From: Laetmonice hystrix
Lineage: Eukaryota
DNA length: 64,000 bases
Direction: 5' to 3'
NCBI GenBank assembly: GCA_965235115.1
Contig: OZ249444.1
Span: 21,328,001-21,392,000 of the forward strand
The notes beneath the pieces are model-generated. The model had not been told where the DNA came from. It was given only the letters and a program-made list of their open reading frames with translations, and did not search any database. Shown piece by piece: positions 60,319-64,000 of the stretch (position 1 is the first letter of the stretch; every line of letters begins with the position of its first letter). The translations under genes were made by a program, and so were the position numbers.

Positions 60319-63300
60319 GTAAGTATTTTTGTTCTGCCGACTTCGAGTTAATTAATTGTATTTGTAAGATGATTTGCAGAGAAAACGGATTGTAATTAGT
60401 ATTTTAAAAAATAAGTCAGCTTGACAACTTGTGATATGAATTCAATATGTTTAACTCAAGTCGGCTGTTGACCTAGAAATCGACAAACTTTATGCTCGTT
60501 GTGAAAAGGTTACACTTACCGGTAACTTTGTAATTCTGAAATATTCTACTCAACACTCAGCAGTAATGTCGTGAGCTCGATATTCATGTAATATAAGGAA
60601 AAAACTGAGAGAGAAGAAATCCATTGACATATGCTAGGTAATATAGATAGGGCATGATTCTGTGATAACTAAGAAACTGTAGATGGCTAACGTACCAGAC
60701 TTGACGAGTCGGAATTAGTTAACTAGTGCGGATGAGGTGGTCACCCCAGTATCATACTCAATATCTGTGTAAGACTGTATCTTCACTGTATACATGTAGG
60801 ATTCAGTGGACTAATTCACTGCTTGCTGCCAAATAGAAACTAACTAAATTCATGGTAGAGAAATGATAACCTAAGTGTAGCCAGGTTCATCGCTGTTGTT
60901 TTGTGAGGTAAAACGCCATGGTGTAACCAGAAGAGCCTTCAATATTGCAGACTTTGTGTCATCATTTTGTTTTCATGTTTGTATGCAAATACTGGAGTTG
61001 GTGCATGCAGGCAGTGTGACAATAACTGGGGAGGGACGAAGGGAGTTGTCAGACCAGTCGGTTACAATAATATTAGAGGACTGAGCCCCAGCAGTTTTAT
61101 CAGGGAAGTTTTGATCAGCCATGCGGCACACTCTGTTGACCTTTGACCTCGCTGTGTGTGGTCACACCTTAGTGATCCCGTTCCATGTCCCTCTGTCTGA
61201 CCCATTCTGTTCCGCTACCAGTGCCGCCCCTATCGTCTCTGCGTAGTATGTTTGCTGATGTCTGGCCAAGTTTATTAAAAGATTCGGAGTTTTAATTGAA
61301 ACTGAAGATTTATTTAAAATAATAGTACGTCATGAGGTCACAATTGTTTACATTTAGTCTGAAATGTTGTGAACGTTACATGAATGTTTCCCGTATACGG
61401 TATTTGTTATTAGTGTTGGCGCTGGCCCGCGTAACCTTGGTTTGTGCGTTGTTTTGGCCATTTTGACGCGTACTGTTTCTGCCCGTTCGCTCTGCTCGTG
61501 GCGCCCCCAGGTGGAGGTAAAACAAACTAACCACTCGGACACTGCTTTGCCAGACTCAGCACACACCGCACCGTCCATTTCTCCACGCTGAGCCTCAGTC
61601 AGATTTGATTTTCCATGAATTGCGAAAGTCATTCTCAAATACATTCCCCCTTAATTTCTATGATTTACCGGGGTTTTTTAGTTCGCTGCATGCAGTTTTT
61701 TCTTTAATTTTCAAAGATTGAATAAAGCTTTTGCGTTTGAATCTGTGGAAGAATTGATGTGTTGTCAGTAGAAGTTTGAGGTTTTATTAGGTTTTGTTTT
61801 ATTGGGATATTGTTGGCGTTTTGTTGCATGGACTTACTGTTGATTCTAATTCTGGTTGCGTTAGATTTCATCACTCTCCACACCCATCCCTGATCCCATC
61901 GAATCTTGTTTTCCACTGCCAGGTTTTTTCCTACCATAAAGCTATATTATAACCTTATTTTAGCCATGCTTGGTTCTACCACGTCTGAATCTGTCGCTAG
62001 CAGAGGTAGCTAGCTACCCACTATAGCAGACCCTGCTCTGCTCTTCACATAGAGAGGTCGGCAACGAGCCCGTATTGGGAGGGCGTTATGAGAGTCCTTA
62101 CTGTAACCATGGTGACAAAAAGGTTTGAACGCGCAATAACCGGGCCTTGATAACCACAATATAAAATCTCTCCTGAACGGTAGACAAAAGTGGTTGTGTT
62201 GTAAATTATAAATTACTTGATAAAACGGGACGCAGTGATTGTGATAGACATTCAGAGATAGAAAGTTTCAGTAGGGAGGAATGATCTCAGTTGTGATGTA
62301 AAGTTACTATGGAAAACGTTTGAGTTGAGCGTTCTGAATCAGTGCAAGTCTAAGGGAAGACGTCCTCATCGCCTGGACGGTTTGAGAGGAACTCTTCATG
62401 TGTGCGAATTGGTGTGGTATTGAATTGCCGTTAGTAAATGTATCATACCTTTCAAGCTTATAGGTAGAAAGGTAAACAAAGCTACGCTAGTGTGGTCAAA
62501 AGGCTTTGAAATGAGGCTTTTGTGTTATCGATGTCTTTACCACAAAGTACATGGGAAGAAGGGGAAGTTTTCTGTGGAATAGTTTAACTTTCATTGAGAA
62601 AATTTTCAAATGTGAAAAACTCGTATCAAGTTGAACATTCAGTGGGGAATGCTTGAAACCGCCGCATTTAAAGACAAGGATCGGGTTTTCCCTTTCATTG
62701 TAATGTTGGTCTATATAAGTATTTTGTATCTTCACTTTCTTACAGAAAGTTCACTTTGAGGTGGACCAAGCAGTATACCCAGTGAGTCAGGCCAAGCAAC
62801 ACTCCAAAACAGACCTGGGAACCCCCATGGGCTGAGCTCCGATACCAGTTGTACTTTTCCCCCATCGTAGAATGAGGTGAAAGGTTTCATGGTCTCTGAG
62901 CTCAGCCACGTGGTTAAACATGAAACACCAGCAGCCACCATACTCGAGTACACTCCACAACACACTAAAGTCGCCTTCCGAAAGTCTTACCATATTCTTG
63001 TCAATTTCAAATCAGATTCAGAACCTATCCCCGAAATGCCTGTACCTTGGCAGTGGAAGATACTTGGAATGATGTTGCCTTCTGATTCTCATTGTCATCG
63101 TGGTCTCAACTAATTTTGGCAGATATTTCTTTGTTTTACGCTGCTTCGCTTCTGAAAGTTCCCCGTCTTCCCCCCAAAACTGTCGGCCCTTGACATGTTG
63201 TCTGCCCGCACTTTTTAAGTTTTCTGTGTGGCATCCCGCGAGAAGGTGGCGCTGCGTAGCGTTGCGCCCCGCACCCGCCCCGCCCACTGTGGCATGGCTC

Positions 63301-64000
63301 AGCGCTCGATGTTTGACGCTTCTGGTCTGAGCTCTTCTGTCAGGCAACCGTGCGCTCGTTCACTTCTGCCTAGTCTGCAACTGTTTCACATTAAAGAAAC
63401 CTGTACTTTCAATTTTTCTAGTCACCGGAGTGCACATGTAGTCCTGAGGTGAATACGACTCCATTGATGCTCACATCCCCCAGTTTGCTGTCATTCTGAT
63501 TCATGAAAGAAACAAATTTCACGGAAGGCAAACAAAGCAATTGACCATCCTGATGCCACGATATTTGCCCCCACTGAAACCACTGGGGGATGTTGGCATT
63601 GGTATATGACAAGAGTTGATTTTAAACGCGATCGAAAATTAGTTGAGACATTATATTCACTCCTAGCCTTCCTTACTGAGACCCTAGTGTGTATAAAGTC
63701 TATAGAGTGGACTGCCGTGTTTTCAGTGGTTCCTTGGTACCGCGCATGTGTGTTCCAAGATTAAAATATGGTGTTTTTCAAACGTCCATATTAGAGTATT
63801 CTGGTTCCAGTTTTTTGATACGCCCCCTAATTCCAACCCCAACATCCCATACCCACCTCCTGTTGTGGTTTTTTGATATTTCTGGATGTGATTTAGAGTT
63901 TAGGGCCAAATTAACGTCACTGTACTTCTCAGGTTTTGCACGAAGTAGGAAGTATAAATCATACTAACACGTTGGCAGATACTGCATCCATCACACACTT

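Noticed and set aside
61137-61149. Perfect DR1 nuclear-receptor element TGACCT-T-TGACCT; also RFX X-box-like 14-mers at 2648, about 49711 and 62103
   Set aside because: Isolated short motifs that also occur frequently in invertebrate repeats; uninterpretable without conservation or chromatin data.
63255-63450. GC boxes, Kozak ATG (63294) and a possible donor as an internal first exon
   Set aside because: It ends in phase 2 whereas the next FARP exon should be phase 0; the donor is mediocre; no other support.
1-64000. The remaining roughly 250 short ORFs (60-180 aa) in the track
   Set aside because: No recognisable domains or splice-compatible chains; expected by chance or derived from repeats and decayed elements.

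Overview
Eukaryotic (invertebrate animal-like) genomic DNA; no prokaryotic operons, rRNA, tRNA or CRISPR. The + strand carries six canonical GT-AG coding exons (55670-60318) that splice into 230 uninterrupted codons of a FARP1/FARP2-type FERM domain. The preceding exon was not found, so most of 1-55669 is inferred to be one very long FARP intron, and the gene continues past the window end. On the - strand in that region is a 523-aa Golgi type II exostosin/GT47 glycosyltransferase with an intronless CDS and plant MUR3/KATAMARI1-like motifs. The rest is many heavily decayed Penelope-like element (PLE) fragments, nearly all antisense and recognised only by eye from short motifs, plus eight minisatellites, long poly-G runs and a Helentron-type non-autonomous element. 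The best leads are: (1) two polypyrimidine-CAG|GTRWGT sites, each followed by a 39-55 nt cryptic exon, matching the architecture of recursive splice sites; (2) an in-frame 33-nt acidic cassette exon candidate in the FERM C-lobe; (3) the nested plant-like GT47 gene; (4) the strand-biased PLE remnants with a relic hammerhead ribozyme. No database searches were possible; family assignments rest on recalled consensus motifs.
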